A stretch of DNA of 64,000 bases from a bacterium (GCA_031385045.1 JANNBC010000024.1:160001-224000); one strand, 5' to 3'. Numbered from the stretch's first letter, positions 47,482 through 57,601 are shown. Program-made: numbers and translations. Notes: a model not told the origin generated them from the sequence alone.

Positions 47482-48624
47482 CTAATCCTCAACCACTGGC
47501 TTACTAAGAAAAAGTGTAACAACAGCACCGCCCTCCGGACTATTATTAAATTTTATTCTTCCTTTATTAATCCTAGTTAGAAATTTGCTAATCACGAGAC
47601 CTAGGCCACCGCCTTGCTGTTCATTAATCTCTCTTTGATGCTGATAAAAAACTTGTGATAGATTTTTAAAACAATTTTTATCAAAGCCATTACCATTATC
47701 AGTAATTGATAGATTAATAGTGCGAGTATCATTTTCCAAGGTAACTTTAATTTTTCTTGGCTCTTTAGTAAATTTAATTGCATTATCAATCAGCCGATCT
47801 AGAATAAGTCCTAAATGTTGGGGATAAGCAATCAGTTGATAGGTTTCTTCCTGATCAAATTCAAAGCTTACTTCACACTGATGATCAACTAAGTATTTTT
47901 TATTTTTTTGAAGATAAGATTTTACAAAATCAAGTAAGTTCAAATCGGCAGAGTATGTCTGGTAGTTCTTCTGTGCCTGACCAGCTTGAATTTGTTGTAG
48001 TAATATAAAATTGTTAATTATCTTCTCTAACCTTTGCCCACCACGCCATATTGTTGACACTAGGGAGCTAATCTTATCCTTAGCTAAATTCTCTTGCTGG
48101 CTTAGTAATAGTTCTGAGCCAGTGGTTACGGCTACTAGTGGAGTCCGAAATTCATGTGAGATATGTCGGATAACTTGTGATGAAAACTCATCCTGCTTTT
48201 TTTGATAAAATTCTTGAATATCTTTGGAGCGTTCAATTTTTCCTCGAATTGTTGCTAAGAGCTCATTTGGATCAAATGGTTTTACTAAATAGGCATCGGC
48301 TCCAGAAGATTTACCTTTTAAAACATTCTCTGAATCACCAAGTGCAGTCAGAAATACAAAAGGGATATTGGCATATTGGTTCTGTTCACGAAGTCGCTTC
48401 TGAAGAGTAAACCCATCCATTATCGGCATCATGACATCACAGAGAATTAAATCTGCCTCGATCATTGCTAAGCTGGATAAGGCATCTTCTCCATTCACTT
48501 GAACAAATACTTCATAGTTTTCGTCTGTTAATAAGGTCCGTAGAACATCCAAGACGAGTGGATTATCCTCTACTACCATAATCTTTGGTTTAGTTGCTTG
48601 TAATTCAAACGACTCGGAATGCAT
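47482..48624 (-). CDS. hybrid response regulator receiver-histidine kinase
   Basis: VEDN, CDVMMP.MDG, FLTA, KPF receiver; SHEFRTPL H-box, NAIKF, DNGNG, GLGL. Confidence 0.92.
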   Translation of the reverse strand: MHSESFELQATKPKIMVVEDNPLVLDVLRTLLTDENYEVFVQVNGEDALSSLAMIEADLILCDVMMPIMDGFTLQKRLREQNQYANIPFVFLTALGDSENVLKGKSSGADAYLVKPFDPNELLATIRGKIERSKDIQEFYQKKQDEFSSQVIRHISHEFRTPLVAVTTGSELLLSQQENLAKDKISSLVSTIWRGGQRLEKIINNFILLQQIQAGQAQKNYQTYSADLNLLDFVKSYLQKNKKYLVDHQCEVSFEFDQEETYQLIAYPQHLGLILDRLIDNAIKFTKEPRKIKVTLENDTRTINLSITDNGNGFDKNCFKNLSQVFYQHQREINEQQGGGLGLVISKFLTRINKGRIKFNNSPEGGAVVTLFLSKPVVED

Positions 48625-48669
48625 AACTAATCTTTCAGGTTACTAAAACAGCCTTTATGACTTAGCTAC

Positions 48670-48697
48670 TTATCGACTGAAAATACCTATTCCTTTA
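48670..48697 (-). promoter_or_regulatory. sigma28-like promoter upstream of the hybrid kinase
   Basis: minus strand reads TAAA-N16-GTCGATAA, 45 nt before the ATG. Confidence 0.55.
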
Positions 48698-48787
48698 GGC
48701 TAATTTTGCTTATTTGAAAAAAGATTGCCGATCAGTTATTATAATAAGTCCAAAAAGTAATTTCCTACGAAAATTACTTTTTGGTGC

Positions 48788-48987
48788 GTAACCATTCACG
48801 TATCTGTAAAAATTTAAAATGAACAAATCCCCTTAAAGGGGTCAATTTACGAAGTAAATTGGGGGTGGAGACACTATCCGTTCACACTACTGGACAAAAT
48901 CATTCAGATTTTGACCAAGGAATAAATTAGTTTTTTGTTCTAATAAAGCCTTTTAAAAGTAGTTTAACTTTACCCGTGAACGGATAC
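48788..48987. mobile_element. 200-bp MITE with 13-bp imperfect TIRs and 8-bp target duplication
   Basis: GTAACCATTCACG ... CGTGAACGGATAC (11/13 match); TTTGGTGC direct repeat at 48780-48787 and 48988-48995. Confidence 0.65.
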
Positions 48988-49024
48988 TTTGGTGCTTATT
49001 ATCTCCCAGAGGGATAATAAAATC

Positions 49025-49095
49025 ATATAGTTATGACAAAAATCACAAAACTAATTTTTAAATTCTCGGAAATTATTTTTTGGTCATAACTATAT
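49025..49095. repeat. short TA-ended inverted-repeat element
   Basis: perfect 13-bp IR ATATAGTTATGAC / GTCATAACTATAT. Confidence 0.5.
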
Positions 49096-49185
49096 ATAGC
49101 CAGTTGCAGGGTCTCAGGGCTCTTTTATCAGCACCAAGTTCAGGTTAGATTGTCAGAACTTGAACTTTTAAAAATCTGCTAAGTT

Positions 49186-50097
49186 ATGGAAAATAATAAA
49201 ATTATTGCTGTCTTTCCAGGACAGGGAGCTCAAAAAGTTGGCATGGCTAAGGATCTTTTTGATCAATATGATCTAGCTAAAAAGCTGTTTAGGATTGCCG
49301 ACGAAGCACTAGACTATTCTATTTCCAAGATCTGTTTTGAGGGCCCAGAGGATAACCTAGTATTAACTGCCAATGTTCAACCAGCTATTTTGACACATAG
49401 TTGCATTGCCTACCAAATTGCTAAAGAAAAGTTAGGAGATAAATTAAATCCAGTGGTAGTTGCTGGTCACAGTCTTGGAGAATATTCTGCGCTAGTTGCT
49501 GCGGAAGCAATTAGTTTTGCTGATGCTGTAGTTTTAGTTCACAAACGTGGCAAATACATGCAATCAGCAGTGCCCGTAGGAGTTGGCGCAATGCTTGCTG
49601 TTCTTGGACAAGAAGTGGCAACTTTAGAAAATGCCTTAGTAGGTTTTGATGATTTAGAAATTGCGAATATTAATGCTCCTGGTCAAATTGTAATTTCTGG
49701 ATCAGCAAAAAGCGCTAAAGAGTTTCAAGCTAGCAATACTGGCTTTAAAATGATTCCACTGCCAGTCAGTGCTCCTTTTCATTGCAAGTTAATGCAATCT
49801 GCCCAAGATTTGCTCAGTAAAGATCTAGACTCAATTGAAATTAAAACACCAAAGTTTCCCGTAATTTCAAATTATCTAGCACGTCCCCTAACTAATCCGG
49901 AAGAAATTCGTCAGGCACTTAAAGACCAAGTAACTGGTAAGGTTCGCTGGGTGGAGTCAATGGAATTAGCAATTAGTCAATTCCAAGTTGAGCAAATAGT
50001 TGAGTTTGGTCCAGGCAACGTCCTAACTGGATTAATGAAAAGAATTAATAAGGATTTAAGCAAAGTTAATTATCAAGTAAGTGGTGACTTCCAATAA
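49186..50097 (+). CDS. fabD: malonyl-CoA:ACP transacylase
   Basis: FPGQG, QPAI, GHSLGEY, NINAPGQIVISG, VSAPFH. Confidence 0.96.
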   Translation: MENNKIIAVFPGQGAQKVGMAKDLFDQYDLAKKLFRIADEALDYSISKICFEGPEDNLVLTANVQPAILTHSCIAYQIAKEKLGDKLNPVVVAGHSLGEYSALVAAEAISFADAVVLVHKRGKYMQSAVPVGVGAMLAVLGQEVATLENALVGFDDLEIANINAPGQIVISGSAKSAKEFQASNTGFKMIPLPVSAPFHCKLMQSAQDLLSKDLDSIEIKTPKFPVISNYLARPLTNPEEIRQALKDQVTGKVRWVESMELAISQFQVEQIVEFGPGNVLTGLMKRINKDLSKVNYQVSGDFQ

Positions 50098-50572
50098 TAT
50101 TTGTTATCTATCCCTAGGCACAAACCTAGGGAATCGAGAAGAGTTTATCAAGAAAGCTCTGGTAAAACTTGGTAAGGAAGTTAAAATTCTGAAAATCTCT
50201 CCTGTTTATCAAACAGCTCCTTGGGGTCTACTAGAACAAGAACCATTCTTAAATCTCTGTGTGGAGATTTCCACCACACTTAGCCCACTATCCTTACTAA
50301 ATCTTTGTAAAGCAATCGAACAACAACTAGGGCGTAGAAAGAAAATCCATTGGGGACCAAGAGAGATTGATATCGATATAATTTTCTATGCCAAGGAGAT
50401 CATTAAACTGGAGAACTTAACTATCCCTCATCCAGAACTATCACATCGACAATTTGTTTTAAAACCGCTAGCTGATCTTGCTCCAAATTTTATTCACCCA
50501 GAATTAAACATTTCTGTTATAAACTTATCTTCTAGCTTATCATTAGATGGAGTTGAATTTTATCAAGTATAA
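50081..50572 (+). CDS. folK: 2-amino-4-hydroxy-6-hydroxymethyldihydropteridine diphosphokinase
   Basis: YLSLGTNLG, WGPREIDIDI, IPHP...RQFVL.P. Confidence 0.95.
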   Translation: MVTSNNICYLSLGTNLGNREEFIKKALVKLGKEVKILKISPVYQTAPWGLLEQEPFLNLCVEISTTLSPLSLLNLCKAIEQQLGRRKKIHWGPREIDIDIIFYAKEIIKLENLTIPHPELSHRQFVLKPLADLAPNFIHPELNISVINLSSSLSLDGVEFYQV

Positions 50573-50581
50573 ACCCAGAAG

Positions 50582-51409
50582 ATGAAAACAAAATTAATGG
50601 GAGTTCTAAACCTCACGATAGATAGTTTTAGTGGGGACGGATTATTAACAAGTAATAATTTTGTTGATTCAGCCTTACGCCAGGCGGAGACAATGCTCGC
50701 AAGCGGTGCTACTATTCTTGACTTAGGGGCAGAGAGTTCTAGACCAGGAGGATTACCAATCACTGCGGAAGAAGAATGGCAAAGACTAGCGCTAACCCTT
50801 AAAGAATTAAGTTCCCTGGAAACAATTATTTCGATCGATACCTATCACGCCAAGACAGCAGAACTTGCTTTAAACCAAGGAGCAACGTGGATCAATTCTA
50901 TTTGGGGTTTTAAGAGAGATCCAAACTTATTAGCAGTTGTGCGAGAGGCTAACTGCCCGTTTGTTTTAATGCATAATACTTCTGACCAAGCTAGTATTCA
51001 GGAATCGTCACAAATAGGCAGTTTTTATCAAACAAGTATTCATCATGATGTTGTTCCAGAAATTATTAGATCTTTGAAAGTAGATATTAATGAAGCGCTG
51101 GAGCAAGGAATTAGATCCGAACAAATTATTATTGATCCTGGAATTGGCTTCGGGAAAACTCCACTTCAAAACCTACAAATCATTGGAAACTTAGCGGCCT
51201 TTAAGGAATTAGGGTTCCCTGTGCTACTTGGCCCTTCTCGAAAGTCATTTATTGGAGTAGTACTTGATTTGCCAATAACCGAAAGATTAGAAGGGACACT
51301 AGCGATTTGCACCTTAGCTGTCAGTCAAAAGATTGAGATCTTAAGAGTGCATGATGTTCAGGCTGTAGCCCGGGTGACAAAATTAACAGAAGCCATTCTT
51401 AATGCTTAA
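50582..51409 (+). CDS. folP: dihydropteroate synthase
   Basis: MGVLNLT.DSFS, GAESSRPG, SIDT, DPGIGFGK, SRKSF, RVHDV. Confidence 0.95.
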   Translation: MKTKLMGVLNLTIDSFSGDGLLTSNNFVDSALRQAETMLASGATILDLGAESSRPGGLPITAEEEWQRLALTLKELSSLETIISIDTYHAKTAELALNQGATWINSIWGFKRDPNLLAVVREANCPFVLMHNTSDQASIQESSQIGSFYQTSIHHDVVPEIIRSLKVDINEALEQGIRSEQIIIDPGIGFGKTPLQNLQIIGNLAAFKELGFPVLLGPSRKSFIGVVLDLPITERLEGTLAICTLAVSQKIEILRVHDVQAVARVTKLTEAILNA

Positions 51410-52385
51410 ACTTAATCAACAACAAGCTATCCAAAAATTAAATCAGGCAGGTGAAACCGCTCAGCCATTTTTTGTGCTTGCTGATTTTAGTGGAACTTCC
51501 TTTGAGATTTGGGAAAAAGCAGAATTAGCGCAACAGAAAATATTGGTTAACTTTCCTAATTTTAAAAATTTCAATAAACCCGAACTCCCGATCGGCAATC
51601 CTCAAATTAACTTAATTGATCAGTTATCACTAAAAGATTATCAAAAAGCTTTTCAGAAAGTTCAAGAATATTTACAACGCGGTGATACCTACTTATGTAA
51701 TTTAACCTTCGCCCAAAAAATTAAACTTTCGCTCTCCTTAGAAGATGTCTTTTATCAGGCCGATGCGCGATTTAAAATTTATTACCCAGGAAATTTTGTT
51801 TGTTTCTCCCCGGAAATTTTTGTAGAGACAAAAAATAATAAGATTTATACTTATCCAATGAAAGGAACTTTTGATTCAGAGGAACCAGAGACACTTGCTA
51901 CCAATAAGGAACTTGCCGAACATGCTACCGTTGTAGATTTACTTCGTAATGACTTGTCTTTGGTCGCTGAGAAAGTCCAAGTAGAGAATTATCGCTATTT
52001 TGAAGAGATTAAAACGCCAACAGGAGAGAAATATCTGCAATCTAGTTCCCAAATTAGTGGCTTACTTCCCCATAACTGGCAAAGCGAACTTGGTACTATT
52101 TTTACTAAACTCTTACCTGCTGGATCAGTTACTGGTGCTCCCAAGCAAAAAACAATCCAAGTTATTCAAGAAGTTGAGCAGTATCCTCGAAGATTTTATA
52201 CGGGCACCGCTGGTTACTTTGATGGTAGTAATTTTATTTCCTGTGTTTTAATTCGCTTTATTGAAGAATCAGAAAAAGGCTTAGTTTTTAAATCTGGGGG
52301 TGGAATTACCGCAGAAAGTGAACTAACCGCTGAGTATCAAGAATTAATTAGTAAAATTTATGTCCCAATTTCTGGAAAGTATTAA
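51402..52385 (+). CDS. pabB: aminodeoxychorismate synthase component I (short form)
   Basis: FSPE.F, PMKGT, KELAEH...VDLLRNDL, PAGSVTGAPK, GGGIT. Confidence 0.88.
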   Translation: MLKLNQQQAIQKLNQAGETAQPFFVLADFSGTSFEIWEKAELAQQKILVNFPNFKNFNKPELPIGNPQINLIDQLSLKDYQKAFQKVQEYLQRGDTYLCNLTFAQKIKLSLSLEDVFYQADARFKIYYPGNFVCFSPEIFVETKNNKIYTYPMKGTFDSEEPETLATNKELAEHATVVDLLRNDLSLVAEKVQVENYRYFEEIKTPTGEKYLQSSSQISGLLPHNWQSELGTIFTKLLPAGSVTGAPKQKTIQVIQEVEQYPRRFYTGTAGYFDGSNFISCVLIRFIEESEKGLVFKSGGGITAESELTAEYQELISKIYVPISGKY

Positions 52386-52968
52386 GATACTTAATTGTCT
52401 GCCGATTAATTTAACTTGGCATCAAGCTCGAGTAAATTATACTTTTCAAAATTTCTTTCCAGAATCAACTCCTTGGGATCTAACGGAGCTTATAAATCCA
52501 AAAGACTTACGGCAAGATTTAACTTATAAATGCCGATTTACTTTTAACAATCAACTGCGGAAAATTGAATATCTGCCCTACACTTCTGTTCGCCATGAAC
52601 GATTTAAATTGATCGATATTGGAGATTACGAATATCAATTTAAATATAGCGATCGTAGCTTCTTTCAACATCTAGCCCAAGCAAACCCTAACTATGATCA
52701 ATTAATTTTGATTAGGCATGGCCTGGTGACTGACTGTACTTATGCTAACTTAGTTTTCGAGAATCAAAAGGGATTCTATACCCCCAGAATACCACTCTTA
52801 CCTGGAGTTCTTCGTGCCAAATTATTAGCAACAGGAAAATTGCAGTTAGCTGATATTCGCCCAAAAGACCTAGAAATTTATCAAAATTTTTATTTAATTA
52901 ATGCACTAATCGGGGAAGATCTAAAAAGCCCCTATTCAATTAAACTGATTGATCGATCGGCTTATTAA
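52360..52968 (+). CDS. pabC: aminotransferase class IV / 4-amino-4-deoxychorismate lyase-like
   Basis: ESIK, HQARV, TD...ANL, LLPG..R..L, INAL; overlaps pabB. Confidence 0.78.
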   Translation: MSQFLESIKILNCLPINLTWHQARVNYTFQNFFPESTPWDLTELINPKDLRQDLTYKCRFTFNNQLRKIEYLPYTSVRHERFKLIDIGDYEYQFKYSDRSFFQHLAQANPNYDQLILIRHGLVTDCTYANLVFENQKGFYTPRIPLLPGVLRAKLLATGKLQLADIRPKDLEIYQNFYLINALIGEDLKSPYSIKLIDRSAY

Positions 52969-53830
52969 TTCTCAAGTTATAATGGTAAGAACAATTTTTA
53001 GAACAAGTTTGAAATTTCTCAGTTGGCTGGCAACGATCGCAAATTTTTGCAACTCCAGAACACTCTTTACAGGTTGTCACTAATCTTCCAGGATTACCAC
53101 AATGCGGACAAAGATGAACTACTTGGCTTGGTTCTAAGTTTTGATTTAGAGCAACGCGATGATCGAAAACAAAACAATCACCCTTAAACTTATGATTGGG
53201 ATACTCTTCCAAATATTTTAAGATTCCACCTTCTAACTGATAAACGCTCTCGTATCCCTGTGATTGCATTTCATAAATAGCTTTCTCACAGCGAATACCA
53301 CCAGTGCAAAACATTAAGACTTTTTTATTCTTAGGGATTGCTGAATTGCGAACATAGTCAGGGAACTCACTAAACATTTTTAGTTTTGGGTCGATCGCCC
53401 CCTCAAACGTTCCTAGTTCAACCTCATAATCATTTCGAGTATCAATCAAAACGTAATCTTCTGTCGCCAAGGTTTGATTCCACTCTGTTGGAGTTAAATG
53501 ATTATTATTAGTTGCCGCGAAATAATCTTCATTTTTAATGGTAACAATTTCTGGTCGAAGTTTGACTTTAAATCTCTTGAAAGGCTTCTTCTCTGCCTTA
53601 CTATGTTTAAAAATGATCCCAGTAAATTCTGGAATTGCCAGCAATTGTTTTTTAAATCTTTCTAATATTTCTGGCTCGGCCGACATTGTGGCATTAATAC
53701 CTTCTGGGCCTAAGATCACTAAACCAAACAAATGGTTAGTTACTGCCCAATTAGTTAAAATAGATTTAACTTCTTGAACTCGATTGGAGGGAAGGCGAAC
53801 AAATTTATAAAAAGCAATAATTGAATACAT
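52940..53830 (-). CDS. trhO: rhodanese-domain tRNA uridine(34) hydroxylase (TrhO/YceA)
   Basis: EGINAT, DTRNDYE..GTF, FCTGGIRCEK, L.GGIL.Y, CFVFD.R. Confidence 0.88.
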   Translation of the reverse strand: MYSIIAFYKFVRLPSNRVQEVKSILTNWAVTNHLFGLVILGPEGINATMSAEPEILERFKKQLLAIPEFTGIIFKHSKAEKKPFKRFKVKLRPEIVTIKNEDYFAATNNNHLTPTEWNQTLATEDYVLIDTRNDYEVELGTFEGAIDPKLKMFSEFPDYVRNSAIPKNKKVLMFCTGGIRCEKAIYEMQSQGYESVYQLEGGILKYLEEYPNHKFKGDCFVFDHRVALNQNLEPSQVVHLCPHCGNPGRLVTTCKECSGVAKICDRCQPTEKFQTCSKNCSYHYNLRINKPIDQSV

Positions 53831-53966
53831 GTTATTTATTACTGATTTTAGTAAAAATATCCTGCTTAGTAAAGTAACAGAGGCATGTAATAGATCTCCC
53901 TAAAATTATCAGCTAATTAAACGGAAGCAGAGAAGAAAACAAAGAATGCCTGATTCTTGTAAGTAA

Positions 53967-55448
53967 TTATTGAATTTGCCAATCAGAAATTAAGGGATCA
54001 GATCCAACTTGGACTTCTTTGAAATCAGAAATTCCATCTCGATCGGTATCAAATTTCAATGGATCAATTCCAATTGTGATTTCTAATCCATCATTCAAAC
54101 CATCTAAATCACTATCTATCCTTGCTGGATTAGATTCGATGGAAAGTTCATATTGATCACTTAAACCATCAAGGTCCGAGTCAATTGGCTGACTATTAAC
54201 TTCTAAAGGATCACTACCACTAAGATCCTCTAAACCATCCTTAATTCCATCTCCATCAGAATCAGCATTTTTAGCATCGGTGCCAATGTTATTTTCGATT
54301 TGGTTACTTAAACCATCTAAATCATCATCAACTCTAGCAAACCTAGTAGCCAATTTAGATTGAGCCAGCGGAGGAGTACTTTGAAAATCAGTCGCACTAC
54401 TTCCATAGTAATTTTCTAATGAATCAGAATATCCATCATGATCGGCGTCTTCAAAAGATTCGCTATTATCTGCACAAGCTGGATCTTGTTTATTTCCAAT
54501 CCAATTGCAGTCCGTCTGATCATCTCTTGCTATCGGACTAACCGCTATTGAGTTTTTCTTTTGCTGATTTTGTAAACTAATTAACCCATCTAGAATTTCT
54601 TGCCCTAAATTTGAAGTAGTCGAGGCACTATTAGATCGAGCGGCAGCAGTAGTAATTGAGCCTGGCTCGCGAATTGTTCCTCTAAAAATATTGCTAGTGC
54701 CTAAAGTATATAAAGTAGCATCTTCCGCCAATGTGATTATAACTGTCTCACTATCATCAACTTCAGAGTCTGCTAATGCTGACACTGTAATCACAGCCTC
54801 TGTATCTCCGGCTAGAATTACTAGTGGCGAATCATCAATTTCATAATCAGTATTAAGCGTTGCTCGCCCTTTAACAGTAAAGGCAACTTCTAGATCTTCA
54901 GTTAAGGCTTCACTTAGAGAAACAACAACATCTAAATCAGTCCCCTCTTCCCAAGCATCAGCCTCGATATCAAAAGCTACTTCTGGCAAACTACCTGTAG
55001 TATCTTCCGAGATAGTTAATGTATGAGTAAATTTAGTCCCTAGATCAGCGCCAGTAGGCGTCCCTAAAGTAATAATTAAAGTTTCATCGTCCTCCACTAT
55101 TTTATCACCAACAACTGTTACAGTGATCGCTGTGGATGTAGAACCGGCAGCAATCGTTAATGGTGAAGCTGAAATTGTAAAATCTGAAGTTAAGGTTGCC
55201 GTACCACTTAGCGTATATGGAATAGTGACATCACTATCTGAGGCCACAGAAAGTGTCACATTAATATTAACCGTTCCAGTTTCTCCATTACTAGCCGAGG
55301 ACGCACTTGCAAAATTAATGGTTGGCTTATCACTATCTGTTGCTGTTGATTGTGCCGCAAAATTATAACTATCTCGACAAGCATCAGTTCCAAATAAAAA
55401 AGGAAGGACTAGAAAAAACAAGATCCATTTTAAATTCACTTTAGTCAT
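53967..55448 (-). CDS. surface protein with two Calx-beta domains and Asp-rich Ca-binding (TSP3-like) repeats
   Basis: GTAT..SDF...TI..G.....I...D...E..ETL twice; many D(S/T)DxDG(L/I)xD repeats; N-terminal signal with Cys. Confidence 0.8.
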   Translation of the reverse strand: MTKVNLKWILFFLVLPFLFGTDACRDSYNFAAQSTATDSDKPTINFASASSASNGETGTVNINVTLSVASDSDVTIPYTLSGTATLTSDFTISASPLTIAAGSTSTAITVTVVGDKIVEDDETLIITLGTPTGADLGTKFTHTLTISEDTTGSLPEVAFDIEADAWEEGTDLDVVVSLSEALTEDLEVAFTVKGRATLNTDYEIDDSPLVILAGDTEAVITVSALADSEVDDSETVIITLAEDATLYTLGTSNIFRGTIREPGSITTAAARSNSASTTSNLGQEILDGLISLQNQQKKNSIAVSPIARDDQTDCNWIGNKQDPACADNSESFEDADHDGYSDSLENYYGSSATDFQSTPPLAQSKLATRFARVDDDLDGLSNQIENNIGTDAKNADSDGDGIKDGLEDLSGSDPLEVNSQPIDSDLDGLSDQYELSIESNPARIDSDLDGLNDGLEITIGIDPLKFDTDRDGISDFKEVQVGSDPLISDWQIQ

Positions 55449-55525
55449 AAGATATCTGAGGATTAGATTTTTTAACTTACTTGAGAATCTTTAAAATAGA
55501 TCCCAAGTTACTTACTTAGTTAAGC

Positions 55526-56749
55526 TCATACTATAGTTTTAGATTGCTTTTGGAACAAGTCACTAGTAAGAAAATATAGTAAGACTAAAGAGGCTCCAAA
55601 TTGGGGCAATCGCAGTAATGTTTGACCAGTTCGACTGGACCATTTCTGAGATATTTCAGTTATATTCCAATTGGTAAAATATCCTAATAAACTTCCATGG
55701 GTGTCAGAAATTGAGTACTCAACAAGATATGTGATGCTAATTACTACTAACCAACAGTAAATAACTAGTCGTAAATCTCGACTAGCAAAGGCCATAATTA
55801 CCGCTATGAGGGGAAGTGACCAAAAGGCATATTGGGGGCCATAGCCTGAACCTAAATTAGGAATCATTAACAAAATAATGGCGGAAAAAAGAAAAATTCT
55901 GGGTAAAGCTATTGTTCTTACTCTGATAAAATAAAAACTTGCTCCGATTGAAACTAGAAGTAAAAAAACAAAAAATATTTTTTGATAAACTAATACAAAT
56001 TCCTTTTCTCCAAAAAGATATAGGAGGCCAGTAACGCCATAAAAGCCAGGATAAGATCGATAAGCGATCACGTGATCGATCGTTGTTTGAGGTGATAAGT
56101 AATATAGATAAGAAATACTTAGTAAGGTTGGAAATAATAAAAGAGCTACACCAAAGATTAATATTTTAAGCTTTAGTTTTTTAATATTACACAGTAGCAA
56201 CGGAGCAAGAATTAATGGGATCGTTTTAGTTAATATTCCTAAACCTAAATAAGCGCACCCCCGCAACCAGTCACTTGGCTTAGCTAATTCTTGATAAGAA
56301 GCTAAACTACTCAGCCCTAAAAAGACAAATAACCCCACTAAGACATCAAAATTACAATGAACTGTGACAAGGATTAAGGGAATTGGACAAAGAATATAAA
56401 TTAAAATTAATTCTTGAACTGAATCCTTGCTATAGTTCTTGACTAAAAATCGATAAGAAATAAATAACAAACTAGCTTCTGTTAGAACTAAGAAGAATCT
56501 AATTAAAAAAACTAAATTGAGCTTGGTCAAGTTAGCGATATAATCCAAGATGACTAAAGTAAATGGCCAAAAAGGTGGCCAGTTAAGGTGGTTAGTCTCG
56601 GCATAGGGATTACCACCCTGTTGCCAAACAGTAATTACGCGTACCCAAAAGAGATGATCCAAAGAACGAATTTCACTATTAAAAACAACAAGTGCCAAAA
56701 TTCGAGTAAAGAGATAACTAATTATTAGAAAGTTGGTACTTTTTAGCAT
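55526..56749 (-). CDS. GT-C type integral membrane glycosyltransferase (GT87-like)
   Basis: NPY...NWPP, HCNFD, LTKTIPL, PQYAFW; many TM helices. Confidence 0.7.
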   Translation of the reverse strand: MLKSTNFLIISYLFTRILALVVFNSEIRSLDHLFWVRVITVWQQGGNPYAETNHLNWPPFWPFTLVILDYIANLTKLNLVFLIRFFLVLTEASLLFISYRFLVKNYSKDSVQELILIYILCPIPLILVTVHCNFDVLVGLFVFLGLSSLASYQELAKPSDWLRGCAYLGLGILTKTIPLILAPLLLCNIKKLKLKILIFGVALLLFPTLLSISYLYYLSPQTTIDHVIAYRSYPGFYGVTGLLYLFGEKEFVLVYQKIFFVFLLLVSIGASFYFIRVRTIALPRIFLFSAIILLMIPNLGSGYGPQYAFWSLPLIAVIMAFASRDLRLVIYCWLVVISITYLVEYSISDTHGSLLGYFTNWNITEISQKWSSRTGQTLLRLPQFGASLVLLYFLTSDLFQKQSKTIV

Positions 56750-56981
56750 TAAATGATGAGAAGAAATCTCTTATTATAAAATTGTTTAATCTAGAAAGAC
56801 GATTATTGAAAAATCTTAGTACAACTTTGGTATACTAATTAGCCGATTTCCATTGAAAATTCAGCTATCTAAAAGCTTTACAGTCCCCATATACAAGTAT
56901 AATATAGCCTAAGTCTTTACTGACTGAGGAGGGTTCTTTCATTAATTTTCCTCTAATTCATTTAATCTAACAACTACCAAT

Positions 56982-57593
56982 ATGGCTCACGAACTTCCAA
57001 ACTTACCTTATGACTATAACGCCCTTGAACCTCATCTTGATGAACAAACAATGCGTTTACACCATGACATTCACCATTTAGGCTATGTAAATGGCTTAAA
57101 CAAGGCAGAAGCTGAACTTGCTAAAGCCCGAGAAAATAACGATTTTGCTTTAGTGAAACACTGGGAGCGTGAATTAGCATTCCACGGGGCTGGTCACTTC
57201 TTACATTGTATCTTCTGGGAAAACATGGCTCCAAATGCTGGTGGCCAAGCAACTGGAAAGCTTAATGATGCTATCACTAAAAAATTTGGTAGTTATGATA
57301 AATTTATTGCTCAGTTTAAAGCTGCGGGAACAGCGGTGGAAGGTTCTGGTTGGGTACTTTTAACTCATAACTGTTTAACAGGTGAGTTGGAAATCTTGAC
57401 TGCGGAAAAACACCAAGATCTTGCTCAGTGGGTTGCTCATCCGATCTTAGTTTGTGATGTTTGGGAGCACGCCTATTACTTAAAGTATCAAAATAAACGT
57501 GCAGCTTACTTAGAAGCATTTGTTAATGTCATTAACTGGACAGATGTTTCTGCTCGCTTTGAAAAATGTCTCAGCAAAAGCTGTTGCAAATAA
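56982..57593 (+). CDS. Fe/Mn superoxide dismutase
   Basis: LPYDYNALEP, HHDIHH, H..FW, DVWEHAYY. Confidence 0.95.
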   Translation: MAHELPNLPYDYNALEPHLDEQTMRLHHDIHHLGYVNGLNKAEAELAKARENNDFALVKHWERELAFHGAGHFLHCIFWENMAPNAGGQATGKLNDAITKKFGSYDKFIAQFKAAGTAVEGSGWVLLTHNCLTGELEILTAEKHQDLAQWVAHPILVCDVWEHAYYLKYQNKRAAYLEAFVNVINWTDVSARFEKCLSKSCCK

Positions 57594-57601
57594 TTATCTG
57601 G

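Noticed and set aside
53967..54460. Short DNA repeats as a CRISPR or tandem array
   Set aside because: They encode protein DxDxDG repeats; there are no identical repeats with unique spacers.
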